Assembly: GCA_964389765.1 (NCBI GenBank) | Contig: CAYMES010000002.1 | Coordinates: 1 to 58,485 of the forward strand | Direction: 5' to 3' | Length of the DNA stretch: 58,485 nt | Origin: Candidatus Woesearchaeota archaeon | GTDB lineage: Archaea > Nanobdellota > Nanobdellia > Pacearchaeales > GW2011-AR1 | Shown: positions 17,226 through 26,906 of the stretch, in pieces | Numbering within the stretch: position 1 is the first letter of the stretch | How the letters are laid out: each line of letters starts with the position of its first letter | The notes under the pieces: model-generated | Database searches by the model: none | Seen by the model: only the letters and a program-made list of their open reading frames with translations | Told to the model about the DNA's origin: nothing | Made by a program: the position numbers and the translations under genes

Positions 17226-17912
17226 ATGGCCAATGTTTTAGTAAATACTTCCAGATATAAAAATAATATTGATTTACTTAGAGATTATTATGATTTAGTA
17301 ATAGATAGATATGCAGATACTATAAAAAGGATGGTTGATATAGGGCATAGGAAAAATATTAAATTTACAGAAATAATTGCAAGAAATTTTCCTGAAAAAG
17401 AAATAGTTTATTATGATAATGGTGAATCTATTCAAACATTGACAAATGCTTTAAAACAAGGGATTAGTAATGTTATGGGTTTTTGGGGAATTAAATCAAA
17501 TAAAGAAATTCCAGAAAATGTAAGTTTTACAAGTTCTCCTAATGGAGATTTTGATGCTGCTAGTTATTTTTTTACAATACATGAGTTTTATAAAGAAATC
17601 CATCCTAAGGAATCTTTAGGAAAAGCTTCTAGACTTTTAAAGCCAGGAGGACTTATTTTTGTTATAGACTATAATATAGATTGGTTAAGACAAGAAGAAG
17701 ATGATGCAAGAGAGATGTTTAAAGAGATATTTAATTCAGAAAATGAAAAAAGAGTTATACAAAAAGAAAAAGATTGTTATGAGGCACATACCCATTATAG
17801 TTTAGAAAAATGTGTTGCAGATGCAGAACATGTAGGATTTAAAACTCTGCATCATCAACCAGATATTAAAGAGAGAAGCAAGTTATTTTTTTACGTAGGA
17901 GAAAAATCCTAA
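17226..17912 (+). CDS. Class I SAM-dependent methyltransferase-like protein
   Basis: LKPGGLIFVIDYN post-motif segment and size. Motif I is weak. Confidence 0.4.
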   Translation: MANVLVNTSRYKNNIDLLRDYYDLVIDRYADTIKRMVDIGHRKNIKFTEIIARNFPEKEIVYYDNGESIQTLTNALKQGISNVMGFWGIKSNKEIPENVSFTSSPNGDFDAASYFFTIHEFYKEIHPKESLGKASRLLKPGGLIFVIDYNIDWLRQEEDDAREMFKEIFNSENEKRVIQKEKDCYEAHTHYSLEKCVADAEHVGFKTLHHQPDIKERSKLFFYVGEKS

Positions 17913-17914
17913 AA

Positions 17915-18559
17915 ATGAAAAAAAGAAGAGAATTTCTTAGATATGTGTTAGAAACAGCAGGAGTTGGATTAACAGGAGGTTGTGCTATTGAAACTAAGAA
18001 AAGTGTTTATGTCCAGTCAGAAGAAAATCTTGAAAAGAGAATTCAAAAAAAGTCGTTAATAGTGGGAATTGAAGGAGCTTTTGTTTCTGGATGGTTAATT
18101 CATAATTTTACTGGAAGAATTGCACATGATTTAGGACTTGCTCAGACAGTTGGACAAGACAACTATATGAGACATATGGAATATATTAAAGAAGCTCACG
18201 GACAAGGAAATGGAATTATTTTATTAGGATATAGTGCTGGGTGTGATAAAATAAGGAATTTAGCAGAAAAAAGTAAAGAAAAAAATATAGGTATTGATTT
18301 GGTGTTATATGTGGACCCTACTTATATAATGTGGACAAGCAATAAAGTTCCTTCAAATGTTAAAAAAGTAATTTGTTATAAATCAGATATTAGTGGATTA
18401 TTTGAAGGAAGAGCTTTAAATAAAGAGGATTTTGAATCTTCTGAAACAAAATATGAAAATAAAAATATAAAAGGAACAGACCATTGGAATATTATCCAGG
18501 ATGAAAGAACAATGCAAGAAGTTAAGAAAGATATTAAAAATTATCTGGAAAACAGATAA
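17915..18559 (+). CDS. Exported lipoprotein with alpha/beta-hydrolase-like GYSAG motif
   Basis: KKRREFLRYV..GVGLTGGC (twin-Arg-like signal plus lipobox Cys) and LLGYSAGC. Confidence 0.4.
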   Translation: MKKRREFLRYVLETAGVGLTGGCAIETKKSVYVQSEENLEKRIQKKSLIVGIEGAFVSGWLIHNFTGRIAHDLGLAQTVGQDNYMRHMEYIKEAHGQGNGIILLGYSAGCDKIRNLAEKSKEKNIGIDLVLYVDPTYIMWTSNKVPSNVKKVICYKSDISGLFEGRALNKEDFESSETKYENKNIKGTDHWNIIQDERTMQEVKKDIKNYLENR

Positions 18560-18651
18560 TTAAATTATACTTATTTTAATTATTATATTCTTTAATAATT
18601 ATTTTTATAAATAATTAAGATTTTTTAGTTAAATAAAGGGAGAGTATTAAT

Positions 18652-20232
18652 ATGGTTTTTAATAGAAGATTAAGTAATTTTTTGGAAAAAATATTTAAAG
18701 CTCGCAGAGATTTTTTAAATTCTACTAATGATCCTAAGTATGAACAAAGAAAAATCCTTTTAAAAATAATTAGAAATAATGAAGATAGTGTGTTCGGAAA
18801 AGATTATGGTTTTTCAAAAATTAATTCTATAGGTGATTTTTTAAAACATGTGCCTATAACCAATTATGATTTTATAAAAGAATATATTGATAGAGAAAAA
18901 AAAGGTGAAGCTGGACAACTAACTTCTAAAAAAGTTAAGATGTTTGCTTTAACTTCTGGAACTGTTTCTGATGTTAAGTCTATTCCTGTTACAGAAGATT
19001 ATATAAATTCTTATAGGGCAGGAACATGGATATGGATATCTTCTTTATTAATAGATCATCCTAGATTTTTTCCTAAAACATTAACTATTGCTTCTCCAAA
19101 AAGAGAAAAAGAGACATCAGCAGGAATCCCTTGTGGTTCTGTTTCAGGACTTTTTCATGAAGAACAAAGCAGGATTGTAAAGGCTTTATATGTGTCTCAA
19201 TATCCTATGTTTGAAATTCCAAATCCAGAATCAAAATATTATACTTTAACAAAAGCTGCTGTTGAAAATAATGTTCATCATATTAATACTGCTAATCCTA
19301 TAACTATTTTAAAAATCTGCAATATAATAAAAAATAATCCAGGAAAATTAATTAAAGATATATATGACGGAACAATTTCTGCGGAAATTCCTAAGGATTT
19401 AAGAAGTAGAATAAAAACAAAATCAAATAAGAGAAGAGCAAAGAAGTTAGAAGAACTTTTAAATAAAGATATGTTTAAACCAGAGTTTATCTGGCCAGAT
19501 TTAGGAGTAATAGGGTGTTGGAGAGGAGGAACTCAATACTTGTTTTTAGAAAGATTTCCAGAACATTTTGGAGATATTAGTGTAAGAGATATTGGATTGT
19601 TAGCTTCTGAAGGTAGGATGACTATTCCTATTTCAGATAACACAAGTTCTGGAATTTTAGATATAAAGAATAGTTTTTTTGAGTTTATTCCTGAATCTGA
19701 AATCCAAAATAAAAACCCGCAGGTTTTAAGAACAGAACAACTAGAAAAAGGAGAAAATTATTTTATTTTATTAACGACACAATCAGGGTTATATAGATAT
19801 AATATTAAAGATCTGGTAAAAGTTACAGGTTTTTATAATAATACTCCTGAACTAGCTTTTTTAAATAAAGGAAGCCAGATATCTTCTATAGTAGGTGAGA
19901 AAATTTCAGAATACCAGGTTATTAATTCTTATAAAAAAGCAAAACCTAATTCAAACCAAGAATTTTTTATATTTCCTGAACTAATTAATGAGATTCCTAA
20001 TTATGTTTTTTGTTCAATTTCTAATATAGAAGATAGATTTTTAGATGATTTTGATGGTGAATTGAGGAAAAGAAATATTGAATATGATTCTAGAAGGAAA
20101 TCTGGAAGGCTTGGGCCAATATCTTCTAGGACAATTTCTAAACAAGAATTTGATAATATTACTGGAAAAAATACCGGAAAATCTCAGTTTAAATTTAAAT
20201 ATTTAAGAAAAGAATTGAACCTTGTTAGGTAG
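18652..20232 (+). CDS. GH3-family acyl-acid amido synthetase-like adenylating enzyme
   Basis: FALTSGTVSDVKSIPVT (GH3 TSGT..K.IP motif), YRYNIKDLV, 526 aa. Confidence 0.65.
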   Translation: MVFNRRLSNFLEKIFKARRDFLNSTNDPKYEQRKILLKIIRNNEDSVFGKDYGFSKINSIGDFLKHVPITNYDFIKEYIDREKKGEAGQLTSKKVKMFALTSGTVSDVKSIPVTEDYINSYRAGTWIWISSLLIDHPRFFPKTLTIASPKREKETSAGIPCGSVSGLFHEEQSRIVKALYVSQYPMFEIPNPESKYYTLTKAAVENNVHHINTANPITILKICNIIKNNPGKLIKDIYDGTISAEIPKDLRSRIKTKSNKRRAKKLEELLNKDMFKPEFIWPDLGVIGCWRGGTQYLFLERFPEHFGDISVRDIGLLASEGRMTIPISDNTSSGILDIKNSFFEFIPESEIQNKNPQVLRTEQLEKGENYFILLTTQSGLYRYNIKDLVKVTGFYNNTPELAFLNKGSQISSIVGEKISEYQVINSYKKAKPNSNQEFFIFPELINEIPNYVFCSISNIEDRFLDDFDGELRKRNIEYDSRRKSGRLGPISSRTISKQEFDNITGKNTGKSQFKFKYLRKELNLVR

Positions 20233-20893
20233 TTTTTATTTAGATTATTTTCTTCTAAATAAGCTTGTTCTAGTATTAGATGTAAATCCAGGATAATCAG
20301 TTCTGCAGATGCTATATTTGTTAACTTTTTCTAGATATTTTCTTTCTCAGTCTTTTTATATATTTTATCTGTTATCTCTCCTGATGTATTAATATATTCT
20401 CCAATATCTATAAGATAATTTACACTATGAAAATCTAAGATACACTAACCTATTCTTGATTCATAAGGAGTCAAGAAATAACAATACCTTTTGTATGATA
20501 TTTTTTTAATGCTTATTTATAGGGTAATCTTTTAACTAGAGTTTCATTTGACAATTTCCACGAATAGTCATTATTTGTTATTGTATTTATTTTCTTTTTT
20601 TAGATGATGGGATAATTTTTCATTACCAGCACATATTTCAATAACTGGAGATTTATTTAATTTTTTTATTTTATCAGCTAATAAAGCTACAAATTCAACA
20701 TTAGATATGTTGTGTACTTTTGTTCTTCACAAAATGTAGACTATCCTAAAATCTTTTTATAAGGATTTTTAACTGCTCTTTGTTCAATAAAATTTAAGAA
20801 TTATTTTGTTTTTTTTAAGAAGGTAACCTATTTCTAAAATTTTAAGTTCAATTTCTTGTACCTTTATTGTTTTTCCATAATGGAAATTATTAT

Positions 20894-21943
20894 TTATTCA
20901 AATTTATCAAACCATTGAGAGATAAGTTCTGTAACTTTATCTGGAGCTTCTAAGGGTAGAAAGTGTTTACAACATGGGAAATTTATAAATTCTGCTTTTG
21001 AAGAACTAACTTCTAGAATTTTTTCTGAAGTTTCTGGTATATCAGATACTTCATCATTTTCAGAATAAAGAACAAGTATTGGGGAATAGATTTTATTTGA
21101 GGTATTTTCTATTTTTCCCATTAAATTAAAACCATAAAATAAATCTAAAGCTCTTGGAGCAACTACTCTTACTCTATCTTGATTTATTTTGTCTAGTGAT
21201 GCTTTATCTCTGGCAAACATTCTTGTATCTTTAATAGGGCTGTCAACTAATATATCTGGATTATTTAATAATGCAGAACTTATTATAGTTAGAGTTTCTA
21301 AAAAATTTGGTTTTATTTTTGTTTCTAAACTAGGAGAGATATATATTATACTTGAGATATTTCCTTTTATATTTTCATCAAGTGCATAAGCAGTTCCTAA
21401 TCTTGAGCCAAAACATGCTGCTATTAAATGAATATTGCTATTGGGATTTTCTTTATACAGATTTACAAATAATTTGTCAGTATCATTAATCCAATCTTGT
21501 TGATCTCCTTTTATCCTCATATTAACACCAGAACCTCTTCTATCTAAAGCATGAGTTTCTATTCCTTTTTTTGCAAGTTTTTTTGCAACAGGAGAAAACC
21601 ACGAGCAGTTACTTTCTAATCCATTTAAATAGACTATTATGTTGTCATTTTTTATTTCTTTTTCTGGTTTTGTTGTATATTTTACAACTGTTAAATTTCC
21701 TTGTTCTGTATTTTCCAAAGTATAAGAAGAAATATTTTTATCAGGTGTTGTAAAATTTCCACCATCTTTTGCTGTCAAATAAAGATGAAGATTTTCATTT
21801 GTAGATTTTGGATTTATAGGAACATTATCTATTGTATATGGTTTTTTATGTACATATGGTAAAGAACTAGTCATACACCCTGTTGTAGTTAGTAAACTGA
21901 GTCCTGCAAATGCTGATAATATTTTTTTAGTTAGAGAGCTCAT
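20894..21943 (-). CDS. Exported lipoprotein, alpha/beta-hydrolase (lysophospholipase/monoacylglycerol-lipase-like)
   Basis: Signal plus lipobox LLTTTGC, VYLNGLES oxyanion region, nucleophile elbow reads AACFG, and a C-terminal CCKHF His region. Confidence 0.55.
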   Translation of the reverse strand: MSSLTKKILSAFAGLSLLTTTGCMTSSLPYVHKKPYTIDNVPINPKSTNENLHLYLTAKDGGNFTTPDKNISSYTLENTEQGNLTVVKYTTKPEKEIKNDNIIVYLNGLESNCSWFSPVAKKLAKKGIETHALDRRGSGVNMRIKGDQQDWINDTDKLFVNLYKENPNSNIHLIAACFGSRLGTAYALDENIKGNISSIIYISPSLETKIKPNFLETLTIISSALLNNPDILVDSPIKDTRMFARDKASLDKINQDRVRVVAPRALDLFYGFNLMGKIENTSNKIYSPILVLYSENDEVSDIPETSEKILEVSSSKAEFINFPCCKHFLPLEAPDKVTELISQWFDKFE

Positions 21944-22169
21944 TTTCTAATTTGCTTTGATTTTTTCTTTTTTCTCCTGATTTTAAGGTTCCAAGTTTTT
22001 TTATACCTGAATACAATATAGCTGGAGGAACTGTTATGGGCAAGCTTATTAAACCTGCACATATACCTATATATCTTCCAAAATACTTTTCTGTTTCTTG
22101 TCTTATTCTTACAGCTGGAGAGATTGCATCATATAATATTGATTCTGTTTTAAAACTTCCCATTTTCAT
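21927..22169 (-). CDS. Small membrane protein
   Basis: 80 aa with one hydrophobic helix. It overlaps the downstream gene by 17 nt. Confidence 0.3.
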   Translation of the reverse strand: MKMGSFKTESILYDAISPAVRIRQETEKYFGRYIGICAGLISLPITVPPAILYSGIKKLGTLKSGEKRKNQSKLENELSN

Positions 22170-22199
22170 AAACTTATTTTAGTTACTTATTTTATTATT

Positions 22200-22910
22200 T
22201 TATTTAGTTTTAAAATATTGTTGTATTGTATTATTATATACATCTATTGTATATTTTTCTATAATATCTATTTGTGAAGAGCCTCCCAAAAATCTAACTA
22301 CAGGATTCATTGTTGATTCCATTGCAGTATATAATTCTTTGCTTGTTTTATTTTGTTTAGCTACATAAGATCCATATTTCTGTTTTGAATAAGTTGCTTG
22401 AATAAGTTCACTAAAATTATCAAAGTCTCCTTGTGTTCTTATTAGATTTTTAAAATGCTCAGTTCTTATTATTGCCCATTTTGTCTGAGCTATGATTACT
22501 GGGTGAGCAAGATAATCAATATGAGGACTTGAATATTCTTTTGCTTTTTTACATAGCTCTTTTCCTAAAGTTTCATATTCTTGTCCTGTTATATCTCTAT
22601 TCTCATCTATGCTTTGTTTTGCCAAATTTAAACATAAAAAATGTCCTTTTTGATATTTTTTAGTGAAACCTTCTAATCCATATTTATTCACATTTTTTTC
22701 AAAATTATCTGCTTTTTTAGAAACTTGTTCTAGATAATTTTTTAAAAAGTTATAGATATGTCCTGATATAAGTTCATAGTTTTGTTGAATATGGTTATTT
22801 TCTTTTATTGAATTTATATCTTGATTTGCATATATTTTTCTTTTATAAAAACCAGATAAAACTAAACCTGCTAATCCAGATATTATAAATTTTCTTCTTG
22901 TTAAGTTCAT
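22200..22910 (-). CDS. Tat-signal exported protein, paralog of 24779-25498
   Basis: MNLTRRKFIISGLAGLVLSG signal. Shares the NYELI.. and ..FSKQ(K/E)Y.. blocks with the other copy. Confidence 0.55.
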   Translation of the reverse strand: MNLTRRKFIISGLAGLVLSGFYKRKIYANQDINSIKENNHIQQNYELISGHIYNFLKNYLEQVSKKADNFEKNVNKYGLEGFTKKYQKGHFLCLNLAKQSIDENRDITGQEYETLGKELCKKAKEYSSPHIDYLAHPVIIAQTKWAIIRTEHFKNLIRTQGDFDNFSELIQATYSKQKYGSYVAKQNKTSKELYTAMESTMNPVVRFLGGSSQIDIIEKYTIDVYNNTIQQYFKTK

Positions 22911-23099
22911 TTTGATTATTGGAAGAAGAGATATATTATAAGGATTATTGTTATCTATTTTATCTTTTTATATGTTTATTGTTTAAAACAATTATACTAT
23001 TATATAGTTTATAAGATAAGAATATTTATATATAATTTTTTTATCTTTCCTAGTAAGAGGATATTAAAAAGAATAGAGATTGAAAGGAGGTATAAAAAG

Positions 23100-23579
23100 A
23101 TGAATTTAAAAACAAAAATTATCTCAGCAAGTGTAGGATTGACACTTTTAGCAGGAGGATGTATGAAATATCCTGCAGCTGGAGATTTTCCTAAAGATAA
23201 AAGTCTTGTAGCTGTTCCAGCTCATCCAGTTATAATGGGTATTTGGGGAGGAGTTAATAAACATAAAAAACTGGCCTTGGATGGAAGTTTAACAGGAATT
23301 GTAGTTCAAAAGGAACATTGGTTAGGACCAGAATCTGAACCAAGAAGATTTTATGCTCCTAAATTTTCAGAAGGAGTGGGAATTTTAGATAGTCCAGGGT
23401 TATTTAGACATAATTATTGGATAGGATATACCAAAGATGTAGATGGAGATGGAAAACTAGATAGAGCAATAAACCATCATAGTATTGACTGGAATGGAAA
23501 TGATCCAAAACTTGAAGAGACTTATATTAAGGCGAAGGATTCTAAAGAAGATAAATATATCAAATTAGAAAAACGTTAG
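23100..23579 (+). CDS. Exported lipoprotein with DxDGDGKLD Ca-binding-like loop
   Basis: Signal plus lipobox LLAGGC, DVDGDGKLD, and an AGGAGG SD upstream. Confidence 0.55.
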   Translation: MNLKTKIISASVGLTLLAGGCMKYPAAGDFPKDKSLVAVPAHPVIMGIWGGVNKHKKLALDGSLTGIVVQKEHWLGPESEPRRFYAPKFSEGVGILDSPGLFRHNYWIGYTKDVDGDGKLDRAINHHSIDWNGNDPKLEETYIKAKDSKEDKYIKLEKR

Positions 23580-23630
23580 ATAATCTTTTTCAATAGATTT
23601 TATTTTTTATTTTAAATTTTTTAATTAAAG

Positions 23631-24677
23631 ATGGAAGATAAAAATAGAAGAGCTTTTTTAAAAAGCTTAGCAGGATTAGTTTTTGTTGGAATTAGTGGAT
23701 GCAATAATCATTATATAAAAGTTTTAGAAGATATTGTTGTTGATAATAAAGGAACTTTAGAAAAAGAATTAAATAAAGAAGAAATTTTAGAAAGAGAAAA
23801 AATTTCTTTTAAGCATTTTGAAAAGTATTTGATAGATGATGATGGGAGATTGCATTTAGATGTTTATGAATCTGAAAAAGCTTTTTCAAATATTATATTG
23901 CTTCCTACTTTAGGAGAACCTGCTTGTTCTTTATCATGTTTTTCAAAAGAAATATCATCTTATGGATATAATGTTTATTCTCTTGATGTGAGAGGATTTG
24001 GAAAAAGTTCAGGTGGAAAAGGAGAAATAGATGTGAGAAGAGCAGAACAAGATATCTCAACAACAATAGAATATGTGGGAAATAGGAATAATAAAAGTAT
24101 TGTGCTTGCAGGAACAAGCATGGGAAGTGAATATTCTTTATTATATTCAGTAGAAGGGCAATATAGAGATAGTTTAGATGTTGTTATTGCACATGGTTCT
24201 TTTGTTCCTTCAGCAGATGTTCCTGATTTAGATGTTAGGGTTGGTTTTTGTAGAAATCCTTTAAATAAGCCATTAGTTGAGATTTTTTCTGGTGGAAAAC
24301 TCAATATATTAGAAACTCTTGGAAAAGAGAAATTTTATAACAATACAGAAGAATTAAAACAAATAACAGAAGATTCTGATCAAAGAGATTACATAGTTTC
24401 AGAAGATTATATAGATTTTTTAAATTATAAACCAGAAAATCCTGTGAATTCTTATAAAGGCCCTTTATTATTAATAGTTTCAAAAGATGATAAGATGATT
24501 CCTTTTAAACATTCTATACATGTTTTTAATTTTTTTAAAAAGAAAAATCTCAATGCTGTTTTATATATTCCAAATGGAGAAGAAAGAAATGGAGAAGTTC
24601 CTCATATGGCATTTGACACTAATTATAAAGAGATTTCAAAAGACATAGATAGATTTTTAAAAAAAGTTTTAAATTAG
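23631..24677 (+). CDS. Tat-signal exported alpha/beta-hydrolase
   Basis: NRRAFLKSLAGLVFVGISGC signal and GTSMG nucleophile elbow. Size matches 20894-21943. Confidence 0.6.
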   Translation: MEDKNRRAFLKSLAGLVFVGISGCNNHYIKVLEDIVVDNKGTLEKELNKEEILEREKISFKHFEKYLIDDDGRLHLDVYESEKAFSNIILLPTLGEPACSLSCFSKEISSYGYNVYSLDVRGFGKSSGGKGEIDVRRAEQDISTTIEYVGNRNNKSIVLAGTSMGSEYSLLYSVEGQYRDSLDVVIAHGSFVPSADVPDLDVRVGFCRNPLNKPLVEIFSGGKLNILETLGKEKFYNNTEELKQITEDSDQRDYIVSEDYIDFLNYKPENPVNSYKGPLLLIVSKDDKMIPFKHSIHVFNFFKKKNLNAVLYIPNGEERNGEVPHMAFDTNYKEISKDIDRFLKKVLN

Positions 24678-24778
24678 TTTTTTGAGAACAGATAGTTTTT
24701 TAAGTATGTAAAATAAAAAATATAAAGAAAATAATAAGGATTTAAATTCATATAGAGTTTAGTTTTAATTAGTTGAAA

Positions 24779-25498
24779 ATGAATAGAAGAAATTTTCTAA
24801 AAACTTCAGGATTAGCAGGTTTGGTTTTATCTGCTAAAGAAGATTTTTTATTTGCAGCTCAAGAACAGAGAGAAGAGCATAGTCATAATTATGAGCTAAT
24901 TGAAGAAGGTTTAACTCAGCATTATACTGATTATGTAGATTATGTTTTTCCTTTTTCCCAGACAGTAAGAGAAAATGTTAAAGAAAAAGGCAGACAAGGA
25001 GTAATTAAAGAGTATGTTCTGATGCATAAATATTGTTTAGATGTTGCTGGAAAATATAGGGATAAGGATTTTGATAAAATTCCAGAAGACGAATTTCAAA
25101 AATTAGGAAAAATATTAACTCAACATCAGAGTAAGACTTCCAATATCCCATTAGATTATAGTTCTGATGATTTAATAAAGACATATAAAGATTGGGGAGC
25201 TAAAAGAGTGTGGTTTTTTAAAAAATTACTTAAACAAGAAGAGAAAGTTGATAGTTATGATGAACTTGTAAGAAGTGTTTTTTCAAAACAAGAATATACT
25301 AATCATATTAAAGAAGAAAATATCTTGAGAAATAAAGTATATGAATCATATAAAAAATCATTTAATTTAAAAACTAAAATTTATAATGCTTTTAGCAGAG
25401 GAGAAGCTACAAAAAGAGTAAATACAGTTAAAGAAAAAGAAGAAGCATATTTTCTAGATACCATAGATAAGATTTATGGAAAAGATAAACAAGAATAG
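24779..25498 (+). CDS. Tat-signal exported protein, paralog of 22200-22910
   Basis: MNRRNFLKTSGLAGLVLS signal. ATG at 24779 is preferred over TTG at 24773. Confidence 0.55.
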   Translation: MNRRNFLKTSGLAGLVLSAKEDFLFAAQEQREEHSHNYELIEEGLTQHYTDYVDYVFPFSQTVRENVKEKGRQGVIKEYVLMHKYCLDVAGKYRDKDFDKIPEDEFQKLGKILTQHQSKTSNIPLDYSSDDLIKTYKDWGAKRVWFFKKLLKQEEKVDSYDELVRSVFSKQEYTNHIKEENILRNKVYESYKKSFNLKTKIYNAFSRGEATKRVNTVKEKEEAYFLDTIDKIYGKDKQE

Positions 25499-25507
25499 AG
25501 AAATTAA

Positions 25508-26185
25508 TTATCTACTTTTTTTAACATTAATTTTTGGACAGTATTTGTTAATTGGACATTGGCTGCATAAAGGAGATATAGGAAGGCAGATAGTCTTGCC
25601 AAATAAAACAAATATTGCATTAAATTCTTTCCAGTATTTTTTTGGCAAGATATGTTCAAGAGCTTTTTCAGTTTTTTCAGGATTTTTTGTTTTAACCCAT
25701 CCAAGCCTATTTGGAATTCGATGGCAATGAGTGTCTATGGGCAAGACACATTTATCATAAGCAAAACATAAGACAATATTAGCTGTTTTTGGCCCTATTC
25801 CTTTAATAGAAAGCAGCTCTTCTTTATTAGAAGGGACTTTTCTATTAAATCTCTCAATCAAAGTTTTTGAAACATGTTTTAGAGTGCGAGCTTTCTTTTT
25901 ATAATGTCCAGATGAGAAGATTAATTTTTCTAATTTTTTTATAGGCATTTCTGAAATAGATTGAGGAGTAGCTGCAACTTTGAATAGAGATTTTGAAACT
26001 TTTTCTGTATTTTTATCTTGAGTTCTTAGAGATAAAAGGCAGGAAATTAAAATTTTGAAGGCTTGTTTTTGTGTTTTGGTTTTTTTATTTTGTCTCATTT
26101 TATTTAAAGTAGTTCTTTGTGTATAATTAAAGTGTTTAGCAAGTTTGTCCATTATTTTGGATATATTTTTTTGATATTTTTTCAT
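25508..26185 (-). CDS. nth: Endonuclease III (HhH-GPD DNA glycosylase with 4Fe-4S cluster)
   Basis: LLSLRTQDKNT, IKGIGPKTANIVL, and C-terminal CLPISPLCSQCPINKYC. Confidence 0.9.
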   Translation of the reverse strand: MKKYQKNISKIMDKLAKHFNYTQRTTLNKMRQNKKTKTQKQAFKILISCLLSLRTQDKNTEKVSKSLFKVAATPQSISEMPIKKLEKLIFSSGHYKKKARTLKHVSKTLIERFNRKVPSNKEELLSIKGIGPKTANIVLCFAYDKCVLPIDTHCHRIPNRLGWVKTKNPEKTEKALEHILPKKYWKEFNAIFVLFGKTICLPISPLCSQCPINKYCPKINVKKSR

Positions 26186-26331
26186 TACATCAAAGGCAAG
26201 GATACCTAGGCTTTAAAGCTGAGCGAGGAATTGCCTTCCTCCATAAAATTTAATTTACTAATATGATTATTAATATAATATCTGCTAATTATTTTATCTT
26301 TTTTTAGTTTTTCTAACATTTTTATTTTGTT

Positions 26332-26526
26332 TTATGTTCCTAATTCTTGTATTGTTTCCAGACATTTTGTTAATTTAACAAGATTTCTTTTTGTTCTGTT
26401 CATTTCTAGATTATATTGTCTTTTAATTGAAAGATGGAAGTAATATTCTGATTTATCTTGTTTAGTTAGTTTTTGTTGTCCCCATTTTCCATAGATTTCT
26501 GAGATTCTTTTTTGTATTGTTGCCAT
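26332..26526 (-). CDS. Small hypothetical protein
   Basis: 64-aa ORF. Confidence 0.3.
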   Translation of the reverse strand: MATIQKRISEIYGKWGQQKLTKQDKSEYYFHLSIKRQYNLEMNRTKRNLVKLTKCLETIQELGT

Positions 26527-26533
26527 TTTCTAA

Positions 26534-26890
26534 TTATTTATGATTTTTTAAATATGTTGATAAGCCTTCAATATGGCTTATATTTTCTTTTAATAAAGCT
26601 CCTCTTAATGAATTATCTTGTTTAATTCCTAGTTCTTGAAATTTTTCTTTTAGTAAAAAGTAGAGTTTTTTACCTTCTTTATCAAAGTCAGTAAGAATAC
26701 AGATTTTATCTTTTTTATCACAATTTTCTGCTATTTTTTCTATTTTCCAATATAATGGTTTTCCTGTTTCATGTATTATAAAGATATTTTTAAATCCTAA
26801 ATCTTGCAATGCTTTTTTATCTTTTTTACCTTCAACAACAATTATATGTGATTTTGCTTTTTCTATTGTTTTCTTAAGTTGAGATTTCAT
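26534..26890 (-). CDS. Small Toprim-domain protein
   Basis: IIVVEGKKDKKAL and ILTDFDKEGKKL (Toprim E and DxD motifs). Confidence 0.7.
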   Translation of the reverse strand: MKSQLKKTIEKAKSHIIVVEGKKDKKALQDLGFKNIFIIHETGKPLYWKIEKIAENCDKKDKICILTDFDKEGKKLYFLLKEKFQELGIKQDNSLRGALLKENISHIEGLSTYLKNHK

Positions 26891-26906
26891 ATTTTTTAGA
26901 TAGTAT

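Noticed and set aside
23905-24483. Minus-strand ORFs 23905-24117, 23975-24304 and 24301-24483
   Set aside because: They are antisense shadows within the Tat-signal alpha/beta-hydrolase gene.
25476-25730. Plus-strand ORF 25476-25730 and minus-strand ORF 25504-25704
   Set aside because: They overlap the 3' part of endonuclease III, whose Fe-S cluster motif is encoded here in the real frame.
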